Of a stretch of 8,777 bases of DNA, positions 1-8,399 are shown piece by piece. How positions within the stretch are numbered: position 1 is the stretch's first letter; each line of letters begins with the position of its first letter. The notes beneath the pieces are model-generated. The model was not told the origin of the DNA and searched no databases. It saw only the letters and a list, made by a program, of their open reading frames with translations. Source of the stretch: a virus (taxonomy: Duplodnaviria; Heunggongvirae; Uroviricota; Caudoviricetes); the IMG/VR virus record IMGVR_UViG_2711768073_000009. One strand, written 5' to 3'. The translations under genes and the position numbers were made by a program.

Positions 1-864
1 CCCGCCATCATCGCGGAGCCTGACTTTGAGGCAATTCTGGCTGACACAAAGGCCATGATGATTGCGTCCTATCCTGCCGAACAGCGTGAAGCCGTCTCCG
101 CCGCGCTGGAGCTGGAATCGGAACCCCTGAACGTTATCGCCCAGACAACAGCGTTTCGTGAAATGCTGTTACGCCAGCGGGTCAATGAGGGGGCACGCGC
201 CTGCATGTTAAGCCACAGCGCCGGGACAGACCTGGACAACCTCGCGGGCAATATGAACACAAAGCGCCTGACCATCACTCCGGCAACGGATACCACCGAC
301 GCAGTGATGGAAAGTGACACCTCGCTGAGACTGCGGGCGCAGCGGGCGTACGATGGCCTGAGTGTTGCTGGCCCGTCAGGTGCATACGAGTATTTTGCCC
401 GCAGCGCCAGCGGTCTGGTGCGTGATGCGCGGGCTATCAGTCCGTCTCCGGCAAATGTGACGGTTTCCATCCTGTCCACTGAAGGCGACGGCACAGCAAC
501 GGAGGCGTTGCTTAATACCGTTCGCGCCGTTCTGAATGCAGAGGATACCCGCCCGGTGGCCGACCGCCTGACGGTACAGAGCGCCAGAATCGTGACATGG
601 CGGCTGAATGCAAAACTGTACTTTTACCCCGGCCCGGAATCCGAACCTATTCTGGCGGCGGCTGAATCGTCGTTCAGGAAGTGGCTGGCTGAGCAGGGGC
701 TTATCGGTCAGGACGTGGCGTTGTCCGCCATTGCTGCCGCACTGCATGTGCACGGTGTGCAACGCGTGGAGATAATCGAACCCACACAGAATATGGCCAT
801 CAGCGACATACAGGCGGCGCGCTGTGAGTCGTTCACCATCAGCGAAGGTGGGCGCAATGAGTAA
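1..864 (+). CDS. J: Baseplate assembly protein J (P2 gpJ family), 5' end beyond window start
   Basis: The frame of ORF 55..864 stays open back to nt 1, so the gene starts upstream of the window. The translation (QRVNEGARA, RLTITPA, VMESDT, LSVAGPSGAY, SPSPANVT, RPVADRLTVQSA, LYFYPGPESEPI, LHVHGVQRVE) matches my recollection of P2 gpJ (about 302 aa) from roughly residue 34 onward. Stop TAA at 862-864. Lies directly upstream of the I, H and tfa genes as in P2. Confidence 0.88.
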   Translation, partial: PAIIAEPDFEAILADTKAMMIASYPAEQREAVSAALELESEPLNVIAQTTAFREMLLRQRVNEGARACMLSHSAGTDLDNLAGNMNTKRLTITPATDTTDAVMESDTSLRLRAQRAYDGLSVAGPSGAYEYFARSASGLVRDARAISPSPANVTVSILSTEGDGTATEALLNTVRAVLNAEDTRPVADRLTVQSARIVTWRLNAKLYFYPGPESEPILAAAESSFRKWLAEQGLIGQDVALSAIAAALHVHGVQRVEIIEPTQNMAISDIQAARCESFTISEGGRNE

Positions 865-1387
865 TTCACTGTTACCACCATCAGCCAGCAGTTTCATGCG
901 TTGTGCCGAAGCTGTCGGAACGCGCATTACAGACATCCCGGTAGACCTCAACACGCTGTGGTCGCCGGACACCTGCCCGGTGCACCTGCTGCCTTATCTC
1001 GCCTGGGCATTTTCCGTTGACCGCTGGGATCGCAACTGGCCGGAAGAGACAAAACGACAGGTGATTCGTGATGCATGGCTGATACACCGACACAAAGGGA
1101 CCATCAGCGCACTGCGCAGGGCCATTGAGCCGCTGGGATACCTCATTCGCGTGTCTGAGTGGTGGGAGTTCGGCGGAGAACCGGGAACATTTACCGTTGA
1201 AGTCGGCACACTGGACAGTGGCGTGACGGAGGAAATGTATCTGGAAATGGAGCGGTTGATTGCTGATGCCCGTCCGGTCAGCCGCCACATGACAGGGCTG
1301 AATATCATTCAGGAAATTCCGGGGGATATTTTTGCAGCGGCGGCAACTCATGACGGTGAAGTTATTACCATTTATCCGGACGATTAA
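857..1387 (+). CDS. I: Baseplate/tail protein I (P2 gpI family)
   Basis: ORF track frame 824..1387. I place the start at ATG 857 (MSNSLLPP...), which has a Shine-Dalgarno-like AAGGTGG about 6 nt upstream and overlaps the J stop, rather than the GTG at 824. Motifs [67 protein letters not shown] and the C-terminal DGEVITIYP match recalled P2 gpI (about 176 aa). Confidence 0.88.
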   Translation: MSNSLLPPSASSFMRCAEAVGTRITDIPVDLNTLWSPDTCPVHLLPYLAWAFSVDRWDRNWPEETKRQVIRDAWLIHRHKGTISALRRAIEPLGYLIRVSEWWEFGGEPGTFTVEVGTLDSGVTEEMYLEMERLIADARPVSRHMTGLNIIQEIPGDIFAAAATHDGEVITIYPDD

Positions 1388-1389
1388 GC

Positions 1390-3522
1390 ATGAGTACCAC
1401 AACACGAAAATTTAAAACCGTTATCACCGATACGGGTGCAAAAAAATTAGCTCAGGCAGCCGCGCCAGATGGTAAGCCTGTCCGCCTGACTCATATGGCC
1501 GTGGGCGACGGTGGCGGCGCGTTGCCCACACCAGACAGTAAGCAGACCCGTCTGGTGCATGAGGTGTGGCGACACACTGTTAATCGCGTCATCCTGGACG
1601 CAACACATCAGAACCGCATTATTGCGGAGCTGGTTATTCCTCCAGAAACGGGCGGATTCTGGATCCGGGAAATTGGTGTTTTTGATGAGCACGGCGATTT
1701 AATCGCGGTGGGCAATACTGCCGAAAGTTACAAGCCAGCCGTTGCCGAAGGGTCCGGACGTGCACAAACATTTCGCACCATTCTGACCGTATCCAGCACT
1801 GCCACTGTGGCGCTTACCGTGGATAACACCATGGTGATGGCCACAGTGGATTACGTGGATAACAAACTGAAAGAGCATGAACAGTCACGATGTCACCCGG
1901 ATGCCTCGCTGACCGCAAAAGGCTTTGTTCAACTCAGTAGCGCCACTAACAGCGATTCTGAAACGCTGGCTGCAACGCCGAAAGCGGTTAAGGTCGCGTA
2001 TGATCTTGCTAACGGAAAATATACAGCGCAGGATGCCACAACAGCGCGAAAAGGCCTTGTCCAGCTTAGTAGTGCAACCAACAGTACATCTGAAACGCTG
2101 GCGGCAACATCAAATGCAGTAAAAGCTGCCTATGACAATGCTGAAAAACGTCTGCAGAAAGCTAAGAATGGTGAGGATATCTCTGATAAAGACACCTTTA
2201 CGAAAAATATCGGTGCCTGCCGTGCATATAGTGCAGAGCTGAATATTGGTGGAGATAGTGAAGCATGGACAACTGCGCAGTTGATTTTTTGGCTAGAGAG
2301 TCAGGGGGCATTTAACCATCCTTACTGGATGTGCAAAGGCTCATGGGCTTATGCAAATAATAAGGTCATTACAGATACAGGTTGCGGAAGTATTTGTCTT
2401 GCAGGTGCTGTTGTGGAAGTTATTGGCACCCGCGGCGCAATGACCATACGCATTACCACACCGAGTACATCCAGCGGTGAAGGCATCCCTAATGCTCAAT
2501 TTACTTATATTAATCATGGTGATGCTTATGCTCCTGGCTGGCGAAGGGACTATAACTCCAGGAATAAGCCAACAGCATCAGAGATCGGGGCGTTACCGTC
2601 AGATGGGACAGCAGTATCGTCAGTTAATCTGGCTTCAAAAGGTCGGCTGACCGCCCTGACAGATAATATGCAGGGGGCCACAGGTCTGGAGTTATACGAG
2701 GCGTATAACAACGGATATCCAACAACGTATGGAAATATCATTCACCTGAAAGGGATGACAGCCGTTGGCGAAGGCGAATTACTCATCGGCTGGAGTGGTA
2801 TAAGCGGTGCTCATGCTCCGGCATTTATTCGTTCACGACGGGATACGCCCGACGCAAACTGGTCGCCGTGGGCGCAGCTTTACACCTCGGCTCATCCTCC
2901 TGAAGAGTTTTATCCAGTCGGTGCACCGATTCCGTGGCCATCAGATACCGTTCCGTCTGGTTATGCCCTGATGCAGGGGCAGACTTTTGACAAATCTGCA
3001 TACCCGAAACTTGCAGTCGCTTATCCGTCAGGCGTTATTCCTGATATGCGTGGCTGGACGATTAAGGGCAAGCCCGGCAGTGGTCGTGCCGTATTGTCTC
3101 AGGAACAGGACGGCATTAAATCGCACACCCACAGCGCCAGCGCATCCAGTACGGATTTGGGGACGAAAACCACATCGTCGTTTGATTACGGTACTAAAAC
3201 GACCAGTTCATTTGATTACGGCACAAAAACTACGAATAGCGCTGGAAATCATTCACACAATATACCTGTTGGTCACACTGGCGCGGGGAATGGTGTATCA
3301 GCCGGTTATAACGCTGCGTTAGGTACTGGTACCACGTCGAGCGCAGGCGAGCATGCTCACAATGTATATATCGGTGCCCATAACCACACTATCGGCATTG
3401 GTGCTCATGCCCATTCTGTCATTATTGGTCCCCACGGACACACCATCACCGTTAACGCTACGGGTAACGAAGAAAACACCGTAAAAAACATCGCATTTAA
3501 CTATATTGTGAGGCTTGCATAA
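1390..3522 (+). CDS. H: Tail fibre protein (P2 gpH-like N-terminus, phage tail collar domain, His-rich T4 gp37/lambda Stf-like tip)
   Basis: 710-aa ORF starting 3 nt after the I stop. The N-terminal about 250 aa ([60 protein letters not shown], duplicated [16 protein letters not shown]) resembles P2 gpH. Residues around [29 protein letters not shown]...DMRGWTIKG fit the phage tail collar domain. The C-terminus carries HxH motifs (NHSHN, EHAHN, AHNHT, AHAHS, PHGHT) and ends [11 protein letters not shown], as in T4 gp37-type and Stf-type fibre tips. Confidence 0.9.
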   Translation: MSTTTRKFKTVITDTGAKKLAQAAAPDGKPVRLTHMAVGDGGGALPTPDSKQTRLVHEVWRHTVNRVILDATHQNRIIAELVIPPETGGFWIREIGVFDEHGDLIAVGNTAESYKPAVAEGSGRAQTFRTILTVSSTATVALTVDNTMVMATVDYVDNKLKEHEQSRCHPDASLTAKGFVQLSSATNSDSETLAATPKAVKVAYDLANGKYTAQDATTARKGLVQLSSATNSTSETLAATSNAVKAAYDNAEKRLQKAKNGEDISDKDTFTKNIGACRAYSAELNIGGDSEAWTTAQLIFWLESQGAFNHPYWMCKGSWAYANNKVITDTGCGSICLAGAVVEVIGTRGAMTIRITTPSTSSGEGIPNAQFTYINHGDAYAPGWRRDYNSRNKPTASEIGALPSDGTAVSSVNLASKGRLTALTDNMQGATGLELYEAYNNGYPTTYGNIIHLKGMTAVGEGELLIGWSGISGAHAPAFIRSRRDTPDANWSPWAQLYTSAHPPEEFYPVGAPIPWPSDTVPSGYALMQGQTFDKSAYPKLAVAYPSGVIPDMRGWTIKGKPGSGRAVLSQEQDGIKSHTHSASASSTDLGTKTTSSFDYGTKTTSSFDYGTKTTNSAGNHSHNIPVGHTGAGNGVSAGYNAALGTGTTSSAGEHAHNVYIGAHNHTIGIGAHAHSVIIGPHGHTITVNATGNEENTVKNIAFNYIVRLA
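1912..2130 (+). repeat. Intragenic duplication in H: two copies of a 44-codon unit ([34 protein letters not shown] and [33 protein letters not shown]), 132 bp apart
   Basis: Direct read of the sequence and translation. The nucleotide copies are diverged but clearly homologous (ctcagtagcgccactaacagcgattctgaaacgctggctgcaacg versus cttagtagtgcaaccaacagtacatctgaaacgctggcggcaaca). Confidence 0.75.
3158..3240 (+). repeat. 30-bp tandem repeat, about 2.7 copies, encoding [27 protein letters not shown] in the fibre tip
   Basis: Copies at 3161-3190, 3191-3220 and a partial copy at 3221-3240. The first two encode an identical peptide with synonymous nucleotide differences (acgaaaaccacatcgtcg versus actaaaacgaccagttca). 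Confidence 0.8.
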
Positions 3523-4100
3523 TGACATTCAGAATGAGTGAACACTCACGGACCATAAAAATTTATAATCTACTGACCGGAACCAATGAGTTTATTGGTG
3601 AAGGTGATGCATACATTCCACCTCATACAGGTCTGCCTGCAAACAGTACCGATATTGCCCCGCCAGATATTCCGGCTGGCTTCGTGGCCGTTTTCAACAG
3701 TGATGAGGCATCGTGGCATCTCGTTGAAGACCATCGGGGTAAAACGGTTTATGACGTGGCATCAGGGGACTCGTTATTTATTTCTGAACTCGGTCCATTA
3801 CCGGAAAATGTTACCTGGTTGTCGCCGTATGGAGAGTATCAGAAGTGGAACGGCACATCCTGGGTGAAAGATGCAGAAGCAGAAAAACTGTTTCGGATAA
3901 GGGAGGCGGAAGAAACAAAAAACAGCCTGATGCAGGTAGCCAGCGAGCATATTGCGCCACTTCAGGATGCCGTAGATTTGGATATTGCAACGGAGGAAGA
4001 GGCATCGTTACTGGCTGCATGGAAGACATACCGGGTATTGTTGAATCGTGTTAATACAGCGGTAGCAGCGGATGTTGAGTGGCCAGTCGCCCCACAATAA
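3522..4100 (+). CDS. tfa: Tail fibre assembly chaperone (Tfa; P2 gpG / Mu U / lambda Tfa family)
   Basis: 192-aa ORF whose ATG overlaps the H stop (TAATG at 3520-3524), with GAGG about 10 nt upstream. The N-terminus [62 protein letters not shown] is the classic enterobacterial Tfa N-domain, and the C-terminal [15 protein letters not shown]...EWP resembles the gpG C-terminus. Position immediately after the fibre gene is canonical. Confidence 0.88.
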   Translation: MTFRMSEHSRTIKIYNLLTGTNEFIGEGDAYIPPHTGLPANSTDIAPPDIPAGFVAVFNSDEASWHLVEDHRGKTVYDVASGDSLFISELGPLPENVTWLSPYGEYQKWNGTSWVKDAEAEKLFRIREAEETKNSLMQVASEHIAPLQDAVDLDIATEEEASLLAAWKTYRVLLNRVNTAVAADVEWPVAPQ

Positions 4101-4104
4101 AGAG

Positions 4105-4136
4105 AAAAAGCCATCGATTGAAATATAGATGGCTTT
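4105..4136 (-). terminator. Candidate rho-independent terminator between the convergent tfa and acetyltransferase genes
   Basis: Inverted repeat AAAGCCATC (4107-4115) and GATGGCTTT (4128-4136) with a 12-nt loop. Read on the minus strand, the stem is followed by TTTTTCTCT, directly after the acetyltransferase stop (TAG, complement of 4144-4146). On the plus strand the stem lies 7 nt after the tfa stop but has a weaker U tract. Confidence 0.5.
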
Positions 4137-4143
4137 ATGTACT

Positions 4144-4701
4144 CTATTTATACAATACAACACCGCTCTTTTTAGTTATATATGTGCAGTTCGATGGTAT
4201 ATCTTTATTTATAAAAGACATTGCACCTATTTTTACATTATCCCCAATTTTACGTGATAATCCAATGATGCAACAATTAGCTCCGATATCAACGTTACTA
4301 CCAATTTTTACTCTTGAACCAGGCATGTCACCATCTATCTGTCCAATGGTAGTATTCTGTCGTAACACCAGATTTTCACCAGCATCAACAGCAAAATGAA
4401 CAACAATTCCAGCATGATGGGGAATTGTTAACCCTTTTCCAATATTTGCGCCCAATCCAATTTCACAACCAAATTTGTTAATTATTTTACTGTTTAACTT
4501 TTTGGCTGCTTTCTTATGTAATTTATTACCATTAATATACATTTCGTTAGCCAACCGCCACCAGAAAAGGAAATTCCGGTTACGCTGTTTTTTCTCTCTT
4601 AAAAGCCTCCAGATATCCATACGTTTCCGCCGAATTACTTCATATTTCCAGAAGTTTTTTAAATTAGTAGAGTCCCCAAATAAAACAAAGTGAATTGCCA
4701 T
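4144..4701 (-). CDS. Hexapeptide-repeat acyltransferase (left-handed beta-helix, serine acetyltransferase CysE/WcaB-like); cargo gene
   Basis: ORF track 4144..4749 (201 aa from a GTG with no Shine-Dalgarno). I start the CDS at ATG 4699-4701 (MAIHF...); another in-frame ATG at 4618-4620 (MDIWRLL...) is possible. The C-terminal half has imperfect hexapeptide repeats and a CysE/WcaB-like pattern (GCEIGLGANIGKGLTIPHHAGIVVHFAVDAGENLVLRQNTTIGQ...IGSNVDIGANCCIIG...IGDNVKIGAMSFINKDIPSN). The region is very AT-rich: about 25-32% GC in hand-counted 60-nt samples, against about 55-65% in flanking tail genes. Confidence 0.72.
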   Translation of the reverse strand: MAIHFVLFGDSTNLKNFWKYEVIRRKRMDIWRLLREKKQRNRNFLFWWRLANEMYINGNKLHKKAAKKLNSKIINKFGCEIGLGANIGKGLTIPHHAGIVVHFAVDAGENLVLRQNTTIGQIDGDMPGSRVKIGSNVDIGANCCIIGLSRKIGDNVKIGAMSFINKDIPSNCTYITKKSGVVLYK

Positions 4702-4751
4702 TAAGTAAGACAGCACGATAATCTCCTTAATTATTATTTCAGACCACACAT

Positions 4752-4796
4752 ATTATAAGGTTAAGAGATTATAAAATCCTGTTGTTTGTTATTCAA
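4752..4796 (-). promoter_or_regulatory. Candidate sigma70 promoter for the acetyltransferase gene
   Basis: On the minus strand, TTGAAT (complement of 4791-4796), a 17-nt spacer, then TATAAT (complement of 4768-4773); a second TATAAT lies at the complement of 4752-4757. Located in the AT-rich gap between the gpU stop and the acetyltransferase ORF. Pattern match only. Confidence 0.3.
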
Positions 4797-4872
4797 AAAC
4801 AATTTTCTGAGAAGGACATACAACAGCAAGTCGCCAGTCACCTTCATCAGGAAATTGGCGACATACGTTAAA

Positions 4873-5367
4873 TCAGAGCAGCCCCTTAACTGAGCTGGTC
4901 GCGCTATTAAGGGATGATGTCACCTTATCTTTGAAGCCGGACAACATATCGCTGAACGATGAGGATTGCAGGCGCTCCCGCAAATCCTCATCACAGCGTT
5001 CAAGAGTCAGTGAAAATTCTATCTTTTTCGCCTTACCGTAGCGATCAAACTCGGAGCGGGTCGTATTCGTTTCGGTCAGGACATACATGCCGTAAATCTG
5101 CCCGACGCCATCAATCAGAGGCCAGGGCCGTCCTGTATACGCCTGCGTGGTCAGCAGAGACAGCGACACTTCGCCACCTGTAATTTCAGGATAAAGCACA
5201 CCAGAAAGAACGATGCGATCATCACCTGCACCGATATACTGCCAGCTTGCTGAACGGTTAACGCGTTCATTTTTCACATGCCGCCAGCTTTTGTTTTGCT
5301 GTAACTGCTGATGCGGCAGCGTGCGCAGCTCAAAAACAAACATGCCATAGATCATCATCATGGCCAT
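4873..5367 (-). CDS. U: Tail protein U (P2 gpU family)
   Basis: 164-aa ORF with GAGGAG just upstream of the ATG on the minus strand, starting immediately after the tape measure stop. Motifs MFVFELRTLPHQ, GAGDDRIVLSGVLYPEITGG, GRPWPLIDGVGQIYGMYVL and KKIEFSLTLERCDE match recalled gpU. Sits directly downstream of the tape measure gene as in P2. Confidence 0.82.
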   Translation of the reverse strand: MAMMMIYGMFVFELRTLPHQQLQQNKSWRHVKNERVNRSASWQYIGAGDDRIVLSGVLYPEITGGEVSLSLLTTQAYTGRPWPLIDGVGQIYGMYVLTETNTTRSEFDRYGKAKKIEFSLTLERCDEDLRERLQSSSFSDMLSGFKDKVTSSLNSATSSVKGLL

Positions 5368-5373
5368 GACTCC

Positions 5374-8300
5374 TCAATCTTTATCGTAAAAACTGCCACG
5401 CCCGGCACGGGCGCGCCGTTCCATTTCTGCCCTGACCATTTCACCGACCAGTTTCGCCAGTTCGCGGGGATTCTGCGTAACAACGTTATGCAGATGAACA
5501 TGAATTTCACCGCCAAATCTGGAGACAGCAGGCTCCCGATTACGGGAAGCTGCAGGAACTGATGCCACTGGCGATCGTATGGCCTCCGCCACCGGGCGGG
5601 AGCTGGCCGCAACAACAGGGACCAGCGCCGGAGGCAGCGGAGCCGGGACTACGGGTGTGATATTAATTGCGGGGGCAGGCTTACTGACCTGCGCAATCTT
5701 CCGCTCCTGCCACTCCCCACGAACAGCAAGTGCGCGGGGCAGGTTCTTAAAGACAATATCGCCAGGGCCAATGCGTTTTTTCGTCTCATCAACCAGCTTA
5801 CCTGTGTTATCAGCAATTTTGCTGAGTCTGCGTAGCGTCCCGGTATTGCTGTCTGTGAGCGGTTTGTTGTCTTTGGGTTTATCACCTCCGGTGCCATTGC
5901 CATTTTCCACAGGCTTCGGCGGATTGATTTTCGCCAGGTCCCCCTGAAGTAAGGCAACCTTATCCTGAAGAATGGCCGCACGCTGTGCGTCTTCGATTTT
6001 CTTGCGCGCCCTTTCCGCTTCATCCGGAAGGACGCCAAGTTTTTCAAGTATCCACGCCAGCGTATCCAGTAGCATTTTTGCAGGTGTCAGAACAAGTTGT
6101 AACGCACCGCCAAGAACGTTACCGAATATCTCGCCAGCACTGGTACATTTATCCAGCGTTTCCTTGCTGGACTCCATCGGTGACAGCAGCGATTTAAACC
6201 AGTTAAACACCTGGCTGATCCCGCTTCCGATTGCGTCAAAAACAGGGCCAAACCGTTCAAAGGTTTCACGCAACGGGTTCAGCCTTTCCATAATCCCGCT
6301 GAACACCCCGGCAAAAAATGCCCTGATGGGATCCCAGTATTTCCAGATAAGGACGGCAGCTCCGGCAAGCGCAGCCACGATAAGACCAACCGGACTGAAC
6401 AGCGCCCCGATAGCGCCTCCCAGTAAAGAAACGGAACCCGTCACCATTCCCCATAGTGCTGGCAGGACCCTGACAGCATTCATTGATCCGGTCAGGAGAG
6501 AAAAACCAAGACGCAGTTTTGCCAGCGGACCAGCAAGCACACCAATAGCCAGCGACAACGAGCCAACCGTTGCAGTCATTGCCAGCAACGCACCGCCTGC
6601 TATCAGTAGCTGGCGCGTCAGTGCCGGATGGGCCTGCGCCAGCGCCGTCACCCTTGATACCACCCGCGCGAGCCACTGCGTGACAGAACGCAGCGGACCG
6701 TCAATCAGATCTGCAATGCGGATGCGCAACCCTTCCCATGCACTGCCGAGTGATTTCAGATCGCCGTCAAGGTTGTTGGCCATAACCTTTGCTGTGCGTT
6801 CAGCCTCACCGCGCGCGCCTTCAAGTTCTTTTCTCAGTTTGGGTAAGGAACCGTCACCCGCTGCATCAACGAGCGCCATAAACGATGTGAAAGCCTCTTC
6901 TCCGGCAATGTCCTTAAAGAACGATACCCGGTCAACTTCCCCGTATTTGCGGGTGGCTTTATAAAGGTCGGCCAGCACATCCTCCATCGGGCGCATTTTA
7001 CCCCCGGCATCCGAGACGGACACGCCCAGCTCTTTCAGAGCTTCTGCCGCCGCCTTTGGCGGTGATGCCAGACGAGCCAGGCTGGCACGCATTGCCGTCC
7101 CGGCATCACTCCCCCTGATACCCATATTCGCCAGCACGCCCGCCATCGCTGCGGCCTGCTCCAGCGATATTCCCAGCTTGCCCGCCACCGGACCTGCATA
7201 TTTCATGGTTTCGCCCAGTGCGCGAAGGTCAGTGTTGACACGCCCAGCTCTTTCAGAGCTTCTGCCGCCGCCTTTGGCGGTGATGCCAGACGAGCCAGGC
7301 TGGCACGCATTGCCGTCCCGGCATCACTCCCTCTGATGCCCATATTCGCCAGCACACCAGCCATCGCTGCGGCCTGCTCCAGCGATATTCCCAGCTTACC
7401 CGCCACCGGACCTGCATATTTCATGGTTTCGCCCAGTGCGCGAAGGTCAGTGTTGGTACGGGTAAACGCTGCGGTGAGTGTGTCACCGACCCGGTCCATC
7501 TGGTCAGCAGAAAGGCCGAACTGCGTCAGGATATTTGAGCCAATATCTGCCGTCTCGCCGAGATCCATACCGCCAGCCGTTGCCATGCTCAGCACGCCGG
7601 GAAGCGCAGCCTGAATGGCCTGCGGAGTGAAGCCAGCCATTGCAAGAAATGCCTGTCCACTGGCGGCATCGCCTGCGGTGAACTGCGTTTCAGAGCCAAG
7701 TTTTAACGCCTGCTCACGCAGCGCCTTAAACTGCGGGCTGTTCTGGTCGATTCGCGTCAGTGCCTGAACGCGGGACATCTCTTTGCCGAACCCGATCGCA
7801 GGCTGCAAAAAACGCCCGGCAGCATAGCCGCCCGCCGCTGCCGCACCAATTGCCAGCGCACCACCTGTTTTCAGTTTTCCCGCTGTTTCCTGCGCGCGCG
7901 AATACCGCTCACGCGCCTGCGTTACACGCGCAAGCGCCTGCCGTTCGCGTTCAAGCTGGTTGTTGTACTGTTCGGTGCGTCTGATGGCCTGCTGGATGGT
8001 GTTATCGCTGCCTGTCAGGGAAATGCCGTGGCGTTTCAGCTCTCCGCCAAGTTCCCGCATTTTCTGAATTTCCCGTGTGCGCGATTCATTCAGGCGTTCA
8101 AGCCGGGTGCTTAACTGCTGCATCAGCTTTTGTTGTTTTTCGCTGAGCACTGTACCCGTGCGTTGTAACTGATTAAGGGCGTTAAGCTGGCGTCGTGCTT
8201 TCAATATGCCAGCATCCGCTTTACTGACAGCGTCACAGGCGCGCTCAAATGAACGCGCCTGACGCTCGAGATTTTTGATCGCCCCCTGAGTTCGCTGGAT

Positions 8301-8399
8301 GGAGTCACCAAACTGCCCCATCAGGCGGCGGGCGTTTTCGGCAGGCCGGGTCAGCCTGTCAACGGCGCTGAAAGCGACCCGGATATCAAGAGTCTTCAT
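5374..8399 (-). pseudogene. T: Tail tape measure protein (P2 gpT / TP901-type core), frameshifted by a 218-bp tandem duplication
   Basis: Two adjacent ORFs, 7203..8435 (N-terminal part) and 5374..7206 (C-terminal part). The 63-aa block MKYAGPVAGKLGISLEQAAAMAGVLANMGIRGSDAGTAMRASLARLASPPKAAAEALKELGVS ends the first and begins the second. Deleting one 218-bp copy restores a single frame of about 935 codons. Likely start is ATG at 8397-8399 (MKTLDIR...), with AGGA 9 nt upstream, rather than the GTG at 8435. Motifs KYAGPVAGKLGIS, AGVLANMGIRGSD and a Gly/Ala-rich hydrophobic middle are typical of tape measure proteins. Confidence 0.8.
7019..7454. repeat. Tandem direct duplication, 2 x 218 bp, inside the tape measure gene
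   Basis: Copy 1 is 7019-7236 and copy 2 is 7237-7454, aligned by hand. There are 5 mismatches in 218 bp (ccccctgata/ccctctgatg, cacgcccgcc/cacaccagcc, cttgccc/cttaccc), all synonymous in the gene's frame. 218 is not a multiple of 3, so the frame shifts at the junction. Confidence 0.9.

Noticed and set aside
824-856. GTG start at 824 for gpI, as given by the ORF track
   Set aside because: An ATG at 857 with AAGGTGG upstream gives an N-terminus (MSNSLL...) matching the gpI family; the GTG extension would overlap J by 41 nt with no ribosome-binding site.
376-972. 198-aa minus-strand ORF, along with 69..494 and 881..1405, antisense to J and I
   Set aside because: Lie entirely inside well-supported GC-rich coding genes on the other strand; Arg/Ser/Ala-rich translations typical of spurious antisense frames; no start or ribosome-binding context.
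1390-4100. Invertible tail fibre segment (Mu G / P1 C type) or diversity-generating retroelement acting on the fibre
   Set aside because: No flanking inverted repeats, no inverted alternative fibre C-terminus with a second tfa, no invertase and no reverse transcriptase or template repeat in the window.
4560-4680. Homopolymer runs (A6/T6) in the 5' part of the acetyltransferase gene as possible phase-variation tracts, by analogy with NeuO-type prophage acetyltransferases
   Set aside because: Runs are only 6-7 nt and no heptanucleotide tandem repeats are present; too short to claim slipped-strand switching from sequence alone.
4830-4862. Inverted repeat GTCGCCA / TGGCGAC downstream of gpU
   Set aside because: 7-bp stem with a 19-nt loop and no following U tract on the minus strand; too weak to call a terminator.
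5972-6964. 330-aa plus-strand ORF, and others at 5579..5947 and 6266..6676, overlapping the tape measure gene
   Set aside because: Out-of-frame or antisense ORFs within the GC-rich tape measure coding sequence; Ser/Pro/Ala-rich, low-complexity translations; not credible genes.
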